A DNA stretch of 32,000 nucleotides from Cylindrospermopsis raciborskii Cr2010. Its GTDB lineage: Bacteria; Cyanobacteriota; Cyanobacteriia; Cyanobacteriales; Nostocaceae. The stretch lies in contig NZ_CP065936.1 in NCBI RefSeq assembly GCF_003367075.2, forward strand, positions 3,690,001 through 3,722,000. Reading direction: 5' to 3'. Made by a program: the position numbers and the translations under genes. Below are positions 1-10,028 of the stretch, in pieces. The first letter of the stretch is position 1; each line of letters starts with the position of its first letter. The notes under the pieces are model-generated. The model searched no databases. It saw nothing but the letters and a program-made list of their open reading frames with translations, and was not told the DNA's origin.

Positions 1-186
1 CTCTTCTAAGGTCACAGGCAAGGTGGTTTCATAACCCAGAATAACTGACAGAGAATCCCCCACCAGAATTAAATCCACCCCAGCAGCATCTAACAGTTGT
101 GCGATCGCATAGTCCCAAGCGGTCAAAGCAACAATAGATCTTCCTTGTTGTTTCCACTGTTTTAATTGCTGGGTGTTAATTGGCAT
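1..186 (-). CDS. panB: 3-methyl-2-oxobutanoate hydroxymethyltransferase (ketopantoate hydroxymethyltransferase), N-terminal part; the gene continues beyond the window edge
   Basis: My own reverse-strand translation from the ATG at 186-184 gives [62 protein letters not shown]. This is the typical PanB N-terminus (TAWDY...GVDxILVGDSL). It is absent from the ORF track because it is cut by the window edge. Confidence 0.8.
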   Translation of the reverse strand, partial: MPINTQQLKQWKQQGRSIVALTAWDYAIAQLLDAAGVDLILVGDSLSVILGYETTLPVTLEE

Positions 187-334
187 AATTGTTTCAAAGT
201 AGGTAGATGGTAAAAAAGAAAGAAAAGTTAAAAATTTCTTCTCATAAGAAATTTAAATCTATCAATTCCAAAGATTGAAAGAATAAGTGATCCAATTGTT
301 GATATATTGTGGAACAGGTTACCAAAAGTGCTGG

Positions 335-363
335 TTAGCCAACCCCAACTAGGAGGGTATTAT
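335..363 (+). promoter_or_regulatory. Candidate rbcL operon promoter (-35-like TTAGCC, 17-nt spacer, -10-like TATTAT)
   Basis: TTAGCC lies at 335-340 and TATTAT at 358-363. This would give a leader of about 375 nt before the rbcL ATG at 747. Long rbcL leaders of about 400 nt are known in Anabaena/Nostoc. This is a sequence match only. Confidence 0.3.
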
Positions 364-746
364 ACTCTAATATTCCACAACAGTTAGGTTATTGGTTAGG
401 TTCTCGTGGTACCCGTGGCGCAACTTGAGGAAAATTCATCAAATTCCCCAAAGAGCAAAACTCCTCTTGTTGAGGATTGTCCAAAATTCCGTCCTGTGCA
501 ATTTTTGTCCCCCGGTTCTCTTGATCCAACCAGTAGCAGCTGAAATTTCCACATTCTACGAGTTTAGGGGAGTAGTGGGAGACTAACGTAGTAAAGTCCC
601 CAAACAGTGCCTTGTGGCCATAAAAACTGACTGTTATATAAGTTTTTCTTATACAGTTGATGAGAAAAGGATCAAAGGAGAGAGTGATAGGAAGTGGCAC
701 ATAACGTGATTTGATATTAGAAAGAGTGACTTCTTGGAAGAAAAAT

Positions 747-2177
747 ATGTCTTACGCGCAAACGAAGACTCAGAGCAAATCTGGGTATCAAGCTGGGGTT
801 AAAGATTACAGACTAACATACTACACGCCCGATTACACACCAAAGGATACAGACCTTTTGGCTGCATTCCGGATGACACCCCAACCTGGAGTTCCCCCCG
901 AAGAAGCAGGTGCAGCAGTAGCAGCTGAATCTTCTACAGGTACTTGGACAACAGTTTGGACAGATCTATTGACTGACCTAGATCGTTACAAAGGACGTTG
1001 TTACGACATCGAACCAGTAGCAGGTGAAGACAATCAATATATCGCTTATGTAGCGTACCCCCTGGATCTATTTGAAGAAGGTTCCGTAACTAACATGTTT
1101 ACCTCTATTGTAGGTAACGTGTTTGGATTTAAGGCCCTACGCGCCCTGCGTTTAGAAGATTTACGTATTCCCGTAGCTTACCTCAAGACTTTCCAAGGAC
1201 CTCCCCACGGTATTCAGGTTGAGCGCGACAAGTTGAATAAATATGGTCGTCCTTTATTAGGTTGTACCATTAAACCCAAATTGGGTCTCTCCGCTAAAAA
1301 CTACGGACGTGCAGTATATGAGTGCTTGCGCGGTGGTCTGGATTTCACCAAAGATGATGAAAACATCAACTCCGCTCCTTTCCAAAGATGGCGCGATCGC
1401 TTCTTATTTGTAGCGGAAGCTATTAAGAAGTCTCAAGCAGAAACAGGTGAAATCAAAGGTCACTACCTAAACGTTACAGCTCCTACCTGTGAAGAGATGC
1501 TCAAGCGTGCCGAGTTCGCCAAAGAACTAGAGATGCCCATCATCATGCACGACTACTTGACTGCAGGATTCACAGCTAACACAACCCTAGCTCGTTGGTG
1601 TCGTGATAACGGATTGTTATTACACATTCACCGTGCTATGCACGCCGTAATTGACCGTCAAAAGAACCATGGGATTCACTTCCGGGTACTAGCTAAAGCC
1701 CTGCGTATGTCTGGTGGAGACCATATTCACACCGGTACCGTAGTAGGTAAATTAGAAGGCGATCGCGCGATCACCATGGGTTTCGTAGATTTATTACGTG
1801 AGAATTACGTAGAACAAGACAAATCTCGTGGTATTTACTTTACCCAAGACTGGGCTTCCATGCCTGGGGTAATGGCGGTAGCTTCCGGTGGTATTCACGT
1901 ATGGCACATGCCAGCTCTAGTAGAGATCTTCGGAGATGATTCCGTACTACAATTTGGTGGTGGTACATTAGGTCACCCTTGGGGTAATGCACCTGGAGCC
2001 ACAGCTAACCGTGTAGCCTTAGAAGCGTGTGTTCAAGCGCGTAACGAAGGTCGTAACTTAGCCCGTGAAGGTAACGACATTATTCGGGAAGCTGCCAAGT
2101 GGTCACCTGAATTAGCAGCTGCTTGCGAACTGTGGAAAGAAATCAAATTTGAATTTGAGACAGTTGATACCGTCTGA
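747..2177 (+). CDS. rbcL: RuBisCO large subunit, form IB
   Basis: The ORF track entry is 711..2177. The canonical N-terminus [30 protein letters not shown] starts at the ATG at 747. The full-length RbcL sequence includes [13 protein letters not shown] and the active-site regions. Confidence 0.98.
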   Translation: MSYAQTKTQSKSGYQAGVKDYRLTYYTPDYTPKDTDLLAAFRMTPQPGVPPEEAGAAVAAESSTGTWTTVWTDLLTDLDRYKGRCYDIEPVAGEDNQYIAYVAYPLDLFEEGSVTNMFTSIVGNVFGFKALRALRLEDLRIPVAYLKTFQGPPHGIQVERDKLNKYGRPLLGCTIKPKLGLSAKNYGRAVYECLRGGLDFTKDDENINSAPFQRWRDRFLFVAEAIKKSQAETGEIKGHYLNVTAPTCEEMLKRAEFAKELEMPIIMHDYLTAGFTANTTLARWCRDNGLLLHIHRAMHAVIDRQKNHGIHFRVLAKALRMSGGDHIHTGTVVGKLEGDRAITMGFVDLLRENYVEQDKSRGIYFTQDWASMPGVMAVASGGIHVWHMPALVEIFGDDSVLQFGGGTLGHPWGNAPGATANRVALEACVQARNEGRNLAREGNDIIREAAKWSPELAAACELWKEIKFEFETVDTV

Positions 2178-2262
2178 TCTAGTGCAAAAGTGCAAGGATG
2201 AAGCAATCATAACCTCATCCTAAAAATTGCATTATTCCTTTTATCGAGGGGACGGTTCAAAT

Positions 2263-2646
2263 ATGAATTTGCGGGAAATTGCCAAAGAGACTGCCAAAAC
2301 TCTCCAGAGCTACCTAACATACCAGGCGTTGAGGATAGTATTAGTGCAGTTGAGCGAAACTAATCCACCCTTGGCGGTTTGGCTACATAACTTTTCTGCA
2401 GGAAAGGTTCAAGATGGAGAGAGATACATCGAAGAGCTGTTTCGAGAGAAGTCGGATTTAGCCTTGCGGATTATGACAGTGCGGGAATACATTGCGGCAG
2501 AAATCACAGAATTTTTGCCAGAGATGGTACGGACTAACATACAGCAAGCCAACATGGAGCAGCGTCGTCAACATCTTGAGCGAATAACCCAACTAAGCGT
2601 ATTTGAACCTCACCCAGATAACAATTTAGATAACCCAGCTGGTTAG
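2263..2646 (+). CDS. rbcX: RuBisCO assembly chaperone RbcX
   Basis: It lies between rbcL and rbcS, the classical cyanobacterial rbcLXS order. The sequence MNLREIAKETAKTLQSYLTYQALRIVLVQL... is RbcX-like. I place the start at the ATG at 2263; the track ORF begins at a TTG at 2227. Confidence 0.9.
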   Translation: MNLREIAKETAKTLQSYLTYQALRIVLVQLSETNPPLAVWLHNFSAGKVQDGERYIEELFREKSDLALRIMTVREYIAAEITEFLPEMVRTNIQQANMEQRRQHLERITQLSVFEPHPDNNLDNPAG

Positions 2647-2706
2647 AAGAATTCTCCATAAAACCAGCACAATCAGTAGTAAACTATAGCCACAGAGCGT
2701 TTAGCT

Positions 2707-3036
2707 ATGCAAACCTTACCAAAAGAGCGTCGTTACGAAACCCTATCCTATCTTCCTCCCCTGTCGGACGCGCAAATTGAGAAACAAGTGCAATACATTT
2801 TGAGCCAAGGGTATATTCCTGCGGTGGAGTTCAATGAGACTTCTGAACCTACAGAGTTTTTCTGGACATTGTGGAAGCTACCCCTGTTCAACGCCAAAAC
2901 CACCCGTGAGGTGTTAGGGGAAGTACAGTCTTGTCGTTCTCAATACAGCAACTGCTACATTCGGGTTGTGGGTTTTGATAACATCAAACAGTGTCAAGTA
3001 TTGAGCTTTATTGTTCATAAGCCTACCAGATACTAA
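2707..3036 (+). CDS. rbcS: RuBisCO small subunit
   Basis: [42 protein letters not shown]...[14 protein letters not shown] is a typical RbcS sequence. Confidence 0.95.
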   Translation: MQTLPKERRYETLSYLPPLSDAQIEKQVQYILSQGYIPAVEFNETSEPTEFFWTLWKLPLFNAKTTREVLGEVQSCRSQYSNCYIRVVGFDNIKQCQVLSFIVHKPTRY

Positions 3037-3082
3037 TATGTAGGGGAGTTAGGGGATTTAATTCTCTATCTCATCACGCCAA

Positions 3083-3101
3083 CCCCCCTTACCAAGGGGG
3101 G
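3083..3101 (+). terminator. GC hairpin downstream of rbcS (CCCCCCT-TACCAA-GGGGGG), a possible operon terminator
   Basis: A C6/G6 stem lies 47 nt after the rbcS stop. The downstream tract is not strongly U-rich, so support is only moderate. Confidence 0.35.
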
Positions 3102-3185
3102 TGTCAGTACTTACTTGATGTTAAGCTAGTTATAAATTAATTCTATAAATTAATTCCATGGAATTTGCCAAGTAAATTATCAAGT

Positions 3186-3710
3186 ATGGATAACAACCTA
3201 ATTATCATTTATCTTTCAGTATTTGTTGGGTTACTTTTGTTTGCGGCCATTAGTGTTTTTCGTCAGGTTCTCAAAACCCGCAAAACTGAAAACTCCCTTG
3301 CACGCTTAAACAATAAATTGACGAAGGAAAAGGGTTCCGCCCAGGAATATTACGAACTAGCAAGTATTTATTCCGAGAAAAAGGTTTTTAGTCAGGCTAT
3401 TACCCTTTACCAAAAGGCTATTAAAGCAGCTGAAGAAGAGGAAGAAAAAGATATTGCTCCTGTATATAATGCCCTAGGTTATGTTTACTTCTGTCAAGAC
3501 CAATATGATTTAGCTATTAGACAATATAAAGAAGCAATCAAGTTAAAACCAGACTATGTTACTGCTTTGAATAATCTTGCCCACGCCTACGAGAAGAAAA
3601 AGCTCCCCTCGCAAGCTTTACAAACTTACCAAGAAGCAGTTAAATTCAACCCGAGTAATTCTATTGCCAAAAGACGTATTCAGTCTTTGAAAAGACTGGT
3701 CTCTAACTGA
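3186..3710 (+). CDS. TPR-repeat protein with an N-terminal transmembrane helix
   Basis: The hydrophobic N-terminus is LIIIYLSVFVGLLLFAAISVF. Repeated TPR-like units follow (YNALGYVYFCQDQYDLAIRQYKEAIKLKPDY, ALNNLAHAYEKKKLPSQALQTYQEAVKFNP). I chose the ATG at 3186; the track ORF starts at a TTG at 3165. Confidence 0.75.
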   Translation: MDNNLIIIYLSVFVGLLLFAAISVFRQVLKTRKTENSLARLNNKLTKEKGSAQEYYELASIYSEKKVFSQAITLYQKAIKAAEEEEEKDIAPVYNALGYVYFCQDQYDLAIRQYKEAIKLKPDYVTALNNLAHAYEKKKLPSQALQTYQEAVKFNPSNSIAKRRIQSLKRLVSN

Positions 3711-3740
3711 CTCCGACTAAAGCGATACCTGTCAAGAGGT

Positions 3741-4544
3741 TTAATAGAGACTCTTCAACCAACCTTGCGCCATGTAATCAGCTATTAAGTCATTCACTCT
3801 TGTTCTTAGGTCATCATACTGCAATCCTTTGGGCATCACTATTGATAATGGCTCTACTGACAGTCTGTCCAGTAGTATTTTGTATTGGCTATATTGTGGT
3901 TCTATCCAACCTTGGAATACAGTAGAGTCTGCTGCACAAGCGTCTACTTGACCATTATCTAATAGTTTTTTGGCTTCTAGGTAAGAATTCACGCCCACCA
4001 ACTCCCCTTGGGGAATAGCATATTTAACATGGGGAATAGTGCTGGAATAGTTGAGTACGCAAATCCGACGCTTATTGAGGTCTGATAGTTTTTGAATAGC
4101 AGGGTTTTTTGTCACTATAGCTGTGCCATCATAGTAATAAGGTATACTCAAGCTAACTATGCGGGAACGAGATGGAGTAGCAGTGACTCTTGCTATGGCT
4201 AAATCCACCTTATGGTTGAATACTGCTGGTAAACGTTCAACATTAGTTACCGGTTGGAATTTAACTTGCAATTTAACCCTGGAACTTGGGGAATCACCCA
4301 ACAAGTCCCTAGCCAAACGTTTGGCCAAATCAATTTCCAGACCCTGTAAATTGCCCTGTTTATCCCTAAATGCTAGGGGAGGAGTGTTATCCTTCACCGC
4401 AATGGTTATGTACCCCCTTTCTTGAATTTCCTGCATGGTTGCTGCCAAGCTGGTATTTATTATGCCAGGTAAGGGTAAAAGCACGCAGGAAAAAAGTAAG
4501 ATGGTTAGGGGGAGGAAACTTAACAAAAAAAGGAAAAATTTCAT
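3741..4544 (-). CDS. Periplasmic solute-binding protein, family 3 (amino-acid ABC transporter type)
   Basis: A signal peptide is followed by ITIAVKDNTPPLAFRDKQGNLQGLEIDLAKRLA...VDLAIARVTATPSRSR...SIPYYYDG, which is typical of SBP_bac_3. Confidence 0.8.
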   Translation of the reverse strand: MKFFLFLLSFLPLTILLFSCVLLPLPGIINTSLAATMQEIQERGYITIAVKDNTPPLAFRDKQGNLQGLEIDLAKRLARDLLGDSPSSRVKLQVKFQPVTNVERLPAVFNHKVDLAIARVTATPSRSRIVSLSIPYYYDGTAIVTKNPAIQKLSDLNKRRICVLNYSSTIPHVKYAIPQGELVGVNSYLEAKKLLDNGQVDACAADSTVFQGWIEPQYSQYKILLDRLSVEPLSIVMPKGLQYDDLRTRVNDLIADYMAQGWLKSLY

Positions 4545-4598
4545 TGGTTGGGTGCATGGTTTGGTGCACGAAGAGAAATTCCTCGCGCACTTAACTAA

Positions 4599-4958
4599 CT
4601 AATTACCTTTTACAGAACTCGCTAATTCAGCTACCTTAGCAAAAGTAGTAGGATCTAACACTGCCAATTGTGCTAACATTTTCCGGTTCAACTCCACATT
4701 AGCTTTTTTCAAGTTGCCAATTAACTGACTGTAGCTTAAACCTTGTTGTCTAGAAGCAGCGTTAATTCTTGTAATCCACAAACGACGAAAATCACGCTTT
4801 TTCTTTTTTCTATCTCTATAGGCACTTCTGAGTGCCTTCATTACTTGTTGATTAGCAGTTCTAAATAGGGTAGAATGGGATCCACGAAAACCCTTGGCTA
4901 ATTTAAGGATTTTGTTGCGACGGTTACGAGCAACATTACCGCGTTTTACACGAGTCAT
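4599..4958 (-). CDS. rplT: 50S ribosomal protein L20
   Basis: [43 protein letters not shown]... is the canonical L20 sequence. Confidence 0.95.
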   Translation of the reverse strand: MTRVKRGNVARNRRNKILKLAKGFRGSHSTLFRTANQQVMKALRSAYRDRKKKKRDFRRLWITRINAASRQQGLSYSQLIGNLKKANVELNRKMLAQLAVLDPTTFAKVAELASSVKGN

Positions 4959-5053
4959 TTTTACTTTACCTGGATGATTTCAACAATTTCAACAACTTTA
5001 ACTATGGACTAGCTATTAACTAAATAGCTAACTAATTCCAAAGTTGACAAGAC

Positions 5054-5251
5054 TTATAGATAGGGCAACATTAAGCGCACATTATCTTCATCCCTTTCGT
5101 CAACAACTGCCATTTTTGACAGACTACGCTTCTTGCCAGATGTTTTATGTTCTAACAAATGGTTTTTGAAGGCTTTGCGACGCACAATTTTACCGCTACC
5201 AGTAACGCGGAATCTTTTTGCTGCAGCTTTTCGGGTCTTGAGTTTAGGCAT
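5054..5251 (-). CDS. rpmI: 50S ribosomal protein L35
   Basis: [36 protein letters not shown]... is the canonical L35 start at the ATG at 5251. The track ORF is extended upstream to 5290. Confidence 0.93.
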   Translation of the reverse strand: MPKLKTRKAAAKRFRVTGSGKIVRRKAFKNHLLEHKTSGKKRSLSKMAVVDERDEDNVRLMLPYL

Positions 5252-5336
5252 GGTGGCTAATAATTGACACAATCCCTTATTATATATCATGGAAGCTAAA
5301 ATGGGAGAATTAAAAATTAGGGAGGATATATATATA

Positions 5337-5699
5337 ATGTTTGATTATACTAAGGCAAAGGAATTCTATCTGGATAAACAAAGGTCACTTCAAGATGAGC
5401 GTCACCTTCTTTGGCAAAAGGCTAAACTGGACTCGGAAAGAATTGTCGCCATGATTATTCAGGACTACGCGCCAAAACAAATTATTCAGTGGGGGTCAGT
5501 TTTAGCGCCAGAACATTTCTCCTCTGTCTCTGATATTGATTTGGCAGTGTTGGGTATTGAACCTTTGGTTTTTCTTCGCTTGTTTGCAGATGCAGAAGCT
5601 ATGACTAACTTTTCTTTAGATTTGATTCGTTGGGAAGACATTCATCCTGCTTTTCAACAAATCCTATTGCTTAAGGGTAAGGTCATTTATGCATCATGA
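5337..5699 (+). CDS. Minimal nucleotidyltransferase (MNT-type) protein, the putative antitoxin of an MNT/HEPN pair
   Basis: The motif block is ...[25 protein letters not shown]... (GS...DxD nucleotidyltransferase signature). The ATG at 5337 is preceded by GGAGG at 5321-5325. The track ORF starts at 5289. The gene overlaps the next gene by 11 nt. Confidence 0.7.
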   Translation: MFDYTKAKEFYLDKQRSLQDERHLLWQKAKLDSERIVAMIIQDYAPKQIIQWGSVLAPEHFSSVSDIDLAVLGIEPLVFLRLFADAEAMTNFSLDLIRWEDIHPAFQQILLLKGKVIYAS

Positions 5700-6174
5700 T
5701 AGTTTACCAGTTCTAATTGCAGAAATTGAAGAAAGTCAAAAGGTATTGACAGATTTGGAAAAATTATATAATACCTATAAACCATTTTTTACCGATGAGA
5801 GCAAACGAGATATTCGGGATGCAGTTTTGCTGGCGGATATCTTTTGTAATACTTATACTTGTTTAGAAACTATATTTCTACGCATCTCTAGAGAATTTGA
5901 AAACCACCTGGATGATTCCCAATGGCATAAAGAACTGCTGCGCAAAATGCGGATTGAGATTCCCGGAATTCGTCAAGCTCTTTTGTCCCACCACTCCTAC
6001 CAACTATTGGATGAGTTACGACGATTCCGTCACTTTAAAAGATATTACTACGATTTTAACTATGATTGGTCTCGTTTGGACTATTTAGCCAATATTTATG
6101 AAAGGGCAATAGCTCTGGTCTTTAATGAATTAACAAGCTATATAGCTTTTTTACAGAACTTGATTAACATTTAA
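5689..6174 (+). CDS. HEPN/HepT-like protein, the putative RNase toxin partner of the MNT gene
   Basis: It is all-helical and carries LDELRRFRHFKRYYY, which resembles the R-x-x-x-H(-x-x-x-Y) HEPN motif region. The overlap with the upstream MNT gene is the usual operon layout. Confidence 0.65.
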   Translation: MHHDSLPVLIAEIEESQKVLTDLEKLYNTYKPFFTDESKRDIRDAVLLADIFCNTYTCLETIFLRISREFENHLDDSQWHKELLRKMRIEIPGIRQALLSHHSYQLLDELRRFRHFKRYYYDFNYDWSRLDYLANIYERAIALVFNELTSYIAFLQNLINI

Positions 6175-6178
6175 ATCG

Positions 6179-6530
6179 AATATTAGTAGTGTTGCCATTA
6201 TTGTTGGGTGGAGAAAACCCAACAGCCAATTTACCAGATATGACCAAATTATGTGGGGTTATATTGTATAACTACATATTGTATTAATCCCTCAACTCAT
6301 ATATATAAATATGAACAATAAGAAAAAATTATATTTATGGGATGGTAAAATAAGTTTTTTTGTGGTCGAAGGGGTAAAAATGTGGTATTATGAGGGTTGA
6401 TTATAATGGAGTGTGAGCATTTGTAAAAAAAAGTGTATAGATTTCCATTGTCAAAGTATCACGTCCAAGAGACAATAGTCAACCCCTACCATTGAAAAAA
6501 AATCGGCGCGTGGGTAAATAGATATCCTCG
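6179..6530. repeat. Solo copy (about 350 bp) of the unit that forms the 10588-13298 tandem array, in the same orientation
   Basis: By manual alignment it contains the GTTGGGT-GGAGAAA-ACCCAAC hairpin (6203-6223) and the AT-rich cassette (6298-6407, with TATTAT at 6386-6391 and TATAAT at 6402-6407). It also holds the conserved segment GGAGTGTGAGCATTTGTAAAAAAAAGTG...CAATAGTCAACCCCTACCATTGAAAAAAAATCGGCGCGTGGGTAAATAGATATCCTCG, which ends at 6530. It lacks the roughly 140-bp CTTGAAATTAATAGG...GAATATC segment of the array units. Confidence 0.75.
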
Positions 6531-6636
6531 TCTTCGGTCTAAGTTTCAAGCTCCTCACACATAGCGAAAACTAACTGTGAACCAAATCTTAAAAGTCTCT
6601 CTTTGTGAATGTTGAGTATACTGGGGGGAATGTCGA

Positions 6637-7596
6637 TCAGTCTCCTGAGGTTTCCTCAGTCAGCTTTACTGAACCAATGCTTAATTTTGCTATATATATA
6701 CCTGTTAAAATCAGAAAAAATGCTATCCAATTAAGAGGGCTCAATTTTTCTCCAAAAATTACCCAAGCGAATAAAGCTGTTAGCAAAGGTTCAATGAGCA
6801 TTAAAAGCGTCACAAAACCCGAAGAAAATTGCTTAAGATTATGAATTAGTAATCCCTGTCCTATAATTTGACACAAAACCCCTAGAGAAATAACTGTGAG
6901 CCAAGTTTGCCAAGAGGTTGGAAATAATTGGGTTTCAGTAGTTAATGTAATTAAGAAAGTAAAGCATCCACCCAATAAGCAAGTCCGCAGTAATATAGTG
7001 GAGGCTGAAAATTTGGAACGAAGATTTTCTCGAACTAGATAATTGAGAGCATAAAAAACAGCAGATAGAAGAGCTAAACAATCACCATAAAGGGAGTTAA
7101 CTGCTTCTTGAAAATCTCCAAAACTGATGATAGCTACCCCAATGATTGCTAACGTCATTCCCAATACAAACTTATAATCAAAACGTTGACCAAAGAACAG
7201 CCATCCACCTAATACAGCAAAGATAGGGGTGAAATTATGGAGTAAATTAGAATTAGCAACGCTGGTTTGAGTTAATGACAAAGCCCAAAGAAAAATAGTA
7301 GCCGTTCCTAATACTGATGACAAAAGAAAAATTCCCCAATCTTTCAACTGAATGGATTTATTCGGGTTAGATGAATTATTCATCCCATATTGAGTTCCTT
7401 CCCACAGAGCCAAAACAATTGTAGCTATGTAATAACGATTAAAACTAGTTCCTGCTGGTCCAAGTTCGTTTTCGCTCAGTCGAGTAAAAATTGCCCCAAA
7501 GGATAAAATAAAAACTCCTAATAATAACCAAACAAAAGCCCATGAAAATGAATAGTTTTTGGTACTATTTAGTGGTAAACCTGGTTGCTCAAGCAT
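6637..7596 (-). CDS. EamA/DMT-family transporter (10-TM drug/metabolite exporter type)
   Basis: The protein is polytopic and hydrophobic with two EamA-like halves. It lies downstream of, and on the same strand as, the DAO/ATP-grasp gene. Confidence 0.8.
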   Translation of the reverse strand: MLEQPGLPLNSTKNYSFSWAFVWLLLGVFILSFGAIFTRLSENELGPAGTSFNRYYIATIVLALWEGTQYGMNNSSNPNKSIQLKDWGIFLLSSVLGTATIFLWALSLTQTSVANSNLLHNFTPIFAVLGGWLFFGQRFDYKFVLGMTLAIIGVAIISFGDFQEAVNSLYGDCLALLSAVFYALNYLVRENLRSKFSASTILLRTCLLGGCFTFLITLTTETQLFPTSWQTWLTVISLGVLCQIIGQGLLIHNLKQFSSGFVTLLMLIEPLLTALFAWVIFGEKLSPLNWIAFFLILTGIYIAKLSIGSVKLTEETSGD

Positions 7597-7814
7597 AAGT
7601 TTTGAAAGATATTTTATTTGTCTGTTGTATAAAACATTATACTCGCTACAGGAAGATAATTATAGCTTACTGAACCATAACAGTTAAACTTGAACTGGAT
7701 ATGGCGGTTATCCCTAGAATGGTATAAAATAAGCTAGAAGTATAAGCCCCACGCTCCTACATGCTTAATAATTTAGTAACCGTATCTTAATCAGGTGTAT
7801 ACCGCCATATTTGC

Positions 7815-10028
7815 TTATACTGTCAGGGCTACAAAAACAGCTTTTAATTCCTGGAAAGAATCTTTTTTAGTCTTATATAAACTGAGAGAATTAGCTAGTT
7901 TATAATCCTGTTCGAGTGTTGAAAAGTCATGATTGCTCAAAAGCATGGCAATAGCAACATCTCTCATACTTTCTGATACCTTGAGTGTCTCTCCCAGATA
8001 AATCTGCCAATAAACTTCCACGTCACTGTCGAGAATTGGCTTCTCAATTTCTGTCACCACACCCTCCTGCTTTGGATGAATCGAGTAAGCACTATACTTC
8101 CATTCACTTCTGTTTTTGAGGATGATTTCAGGATCATCTCCCATCTGTAATTGGAGATGTAATTCGTTGAGACGTACTCCTTGATATGTGTAGAACATTT
8201 TTGATACAAGGCCGCCAGGAGTGCGTGCTGCTACTTCCATGAGAATTGGTTCTTCACTGCCTTCTTGTAGGAAGAAATCAATGTTGAGTACACCATTTTT
8301 GGGATAATCGTGTTCTAAACTTTGCAACGTATCACTGGAGAATTGTCGCAGTTTCTCAAATTTTGGATCTTCCTCTCTAACAACAATATTCCCGATTGCA
8401 TGACCGTAAATGAAATCATCATTAGGTCGGTAGTGTTTGCAAGCAGCAAAATAACAAGGTAGACCATTTTTCATGACAACACTTGTATTGTATAATTCGC
8501 CTCTGATAAATTCATTAAATTCAAATTCATCATCAGAATCTACATTGCTGTTACACCAAGCTTTCAATTCATCAATAGTATGTATTCTTCTAGTTTTTTC
8601 GCTTCCCGCACCAATGACAGGCTTGACAAAAATGTCATTACCCAGTTCTTTGATGACAAACTGTAAGTAAGAAATTCCCTCCTGGCGGTATTGGCTCTGA
8701 TTAAAAATTAGATGCTTTGGTACACGAATGGATGAATTTTTGAGGGCAGATTTGAGGTAACTCTTGTCAGTAAATTGGCGGATCATTGTGGGGCGATCGC
8801 CAGCTAAATTTAGGGTTTCACGTAACTGTGCGGCTAATAGTACGGAATACTCATCATTGGTGACAATCCGACAATTATCATCCAGTAGTCCATAAGCTGC
8901 CTTAATTTGTTGATAGGTTTGGAGGAGATTTTGCAAATTATAGGGTTCTACAATCTGCACAAGGTTCAAGTGTTGATACTGGGAGGGTATAACCTTACTT
9001 ATTCCTCTCCTACTACAGAGTAAAACTAGATTTCTATTGCTTGATTGAATCTCTCTAAAATCAGTTTTGCTGGGGAGCATATCATGCAGCACGAAAATAG
9101 TCTGCTTATTGGTATCTATTTTATTACTCAAAAAGGCAACTGGATTGGCATCTTCGCGGATCATTTCTTGTACCAACTCGACAATTTCTTGTGAACATCC
9201 CCATGATAGAGTTACACCTGCTCCTCCATGTCCATAATTATAAAATACCCGAGTATTTGGCACTCTTTCTACACAAACATTTTCTTCTGTAAATGGTCGC
9301 AAACCAGTTCTTACAGGCTCTTGTTCATCAAGTGGGAGTGGTCTTAATTCTTGGAGAAATTGCAAACAACCATCATACATCTGTCGAATAATTGGCACTT
9401 CCAAAGATAAGTTTGTATCCCATTGGTCTTGCTGTGCTAATCCTCCTAAAACTACTAAATCATCCCCTCTAGGAACAATGAAAATAATGTCTTGTTCAGA
9501 GGATGAAGTTTCATCGTGGGAAATGCAATGAGCATCTGTGATCACTCCACCTAAATTTTTAACTCTGACAAGTGCGCCTCTCAAGGGATACATGGAAGTA
9601 TCTCCTGTAGTTGCGATAGAACCTAGTCCCGCACAATTAACAATTGCTTTTGCATTGAAGCGACGGAGAAGTTCGTGCTCATTTTGAACTACATTGACAG
9701 TAATTTTTTCCTGGATGATTTCACATCCAATATCCTTGACGTATTGCAGTAACCACTTCATGTAGACATCAGTATTTGCCATGGGAGCCATATGCTTAAA
9801 AGCATCTTTTATGCCTCCTTGGAAAGTTAAATCAATGGTTTCTTTAACGATGTGTAATCCTCTTTCAAATCCATCAACCTTGTCCTTGAGTTCATTCATC
9901 TTGCGAAAATCAGCGGGTCGATTTTCCAAAATATCTCGGAAATAAAAATAGGAGTCTCTTAAATAAACGCCTGTTTCTTGTGAACCAAACTCTGCGTGTA
10001 TTTCCTTGAATTTATTGTAAGCGGTCAT
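7815..10028 (-). CDS. Fusion protein: remainder of a D-amino-acid-oxidase-type FAD oxidoreductase (N-terminal about 290 aa) joined to an ATP-grasp ligase domain (C-terminal about 400 aa)
   Basis: The N-terminal half aligns by eye with the DAAO family (IVNCAGLGS, PLRGALVRV, TGLRPF, YNYGHGGAGVTLSWGC). The C-terminal half has ATP-grasp hallmarks (FVKPVIGAGSEKTRRI, EFIRGELY, LMEVAARTPGG). It lacks the GxGxxG dinucleotide-binding start, which sits in the adjacent 79-aa ORF. Confidence 0.75.
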   Translation of the reverse strand: MTAYNKFKEIHAEFGSQETGVYLRDSYFYFRDILENRPADFRKMNELKDKVDGFERGLHIVKETIDLTFQGGIKDAFKHMAPMANTDVYMKWLLQYVKDIGCEIIQEKITVNVVQNEHELLRRFNAKAIVNCAGLGSIATTGDTSMYPLRGALVRVKNLGGVITDAHCISHDETSSSEQDIIFIVPRGDDLVVLGGLAQQDQWDTNLSLEVPIIRQMYDGCLQFLQELRPLPLDEQEPVRTGLRPFTEENVCVERVPNTRVFYNYGHGGAGVTLSWGCSQEIVELVQEMIREDANPVAFLSNKIDTNKQTIFVLHDMLPSKTDFREIQSSNRNLVLLCSRRGISKVIPSQYQHLNLVQIVEPYNLQNLLQTYQQIKAAYGLLDDNCRIVTNDEYSVLLAAQLRETLNLAGDRPTMIRQFTDKSYLKSALKNSSIRVPKHLIFNQSQYRQEGISYLQFVIKELGNDIFVKPVIGAGSEKTRRIHTIDELKAWCNSNVDSDDEFEFNEFIRGELYNTSVVMKNGLPCYFAACKHYRPNDDFIYGHAIGNIVVREEDPKFEKLRQFSSDTLQSLEHDYPKNGVLNIDFFLQEGSEEPILMEVAARTPGGLVSKMFYTYQGVRLNELHLQLQMGDDPEIILKNRSEWKYSAYSIHPKQEGVVTEIEKPILDSDVEVYWQIYLGETLKVSESMRDVAIAMLLSNHDFSTLEQDYKLANSLSLYKTKKDSFQELKAVFVALTV

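Noticed and set aside
389-700. ORFs 389..700 (-) and 392..586 (+) between panB and rbcL.
   Set aside because: They lie in the expected long rbcL leader/promoter region, overlap each other on opposite strands, and have implausible composition with no motif. I treat the region as non-coding.
711-746. The upstream extension of rbcL (track start at 711), and likewise the extended starts of rbcX (2227), the TPR gene (3165), rpmI (5290), DUF29-2 (15091), NADAR (20748) and the IS630 remnant (22632).
   Set aside because: The canonical conserved N-termini begin at internal ATGs. Several of the track starts are TTG/GTG codons chosen only because the frame is open.
4159-4594. ORFs 4159..4425 (+), 4370..4594 (+) and 4387..4590 (-), which overlap the solute-binding protein gene and its upstream region.
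   Set aside because: They are antisense to, or overlap, a well-supported CDS, and their composition is unprotein-like.
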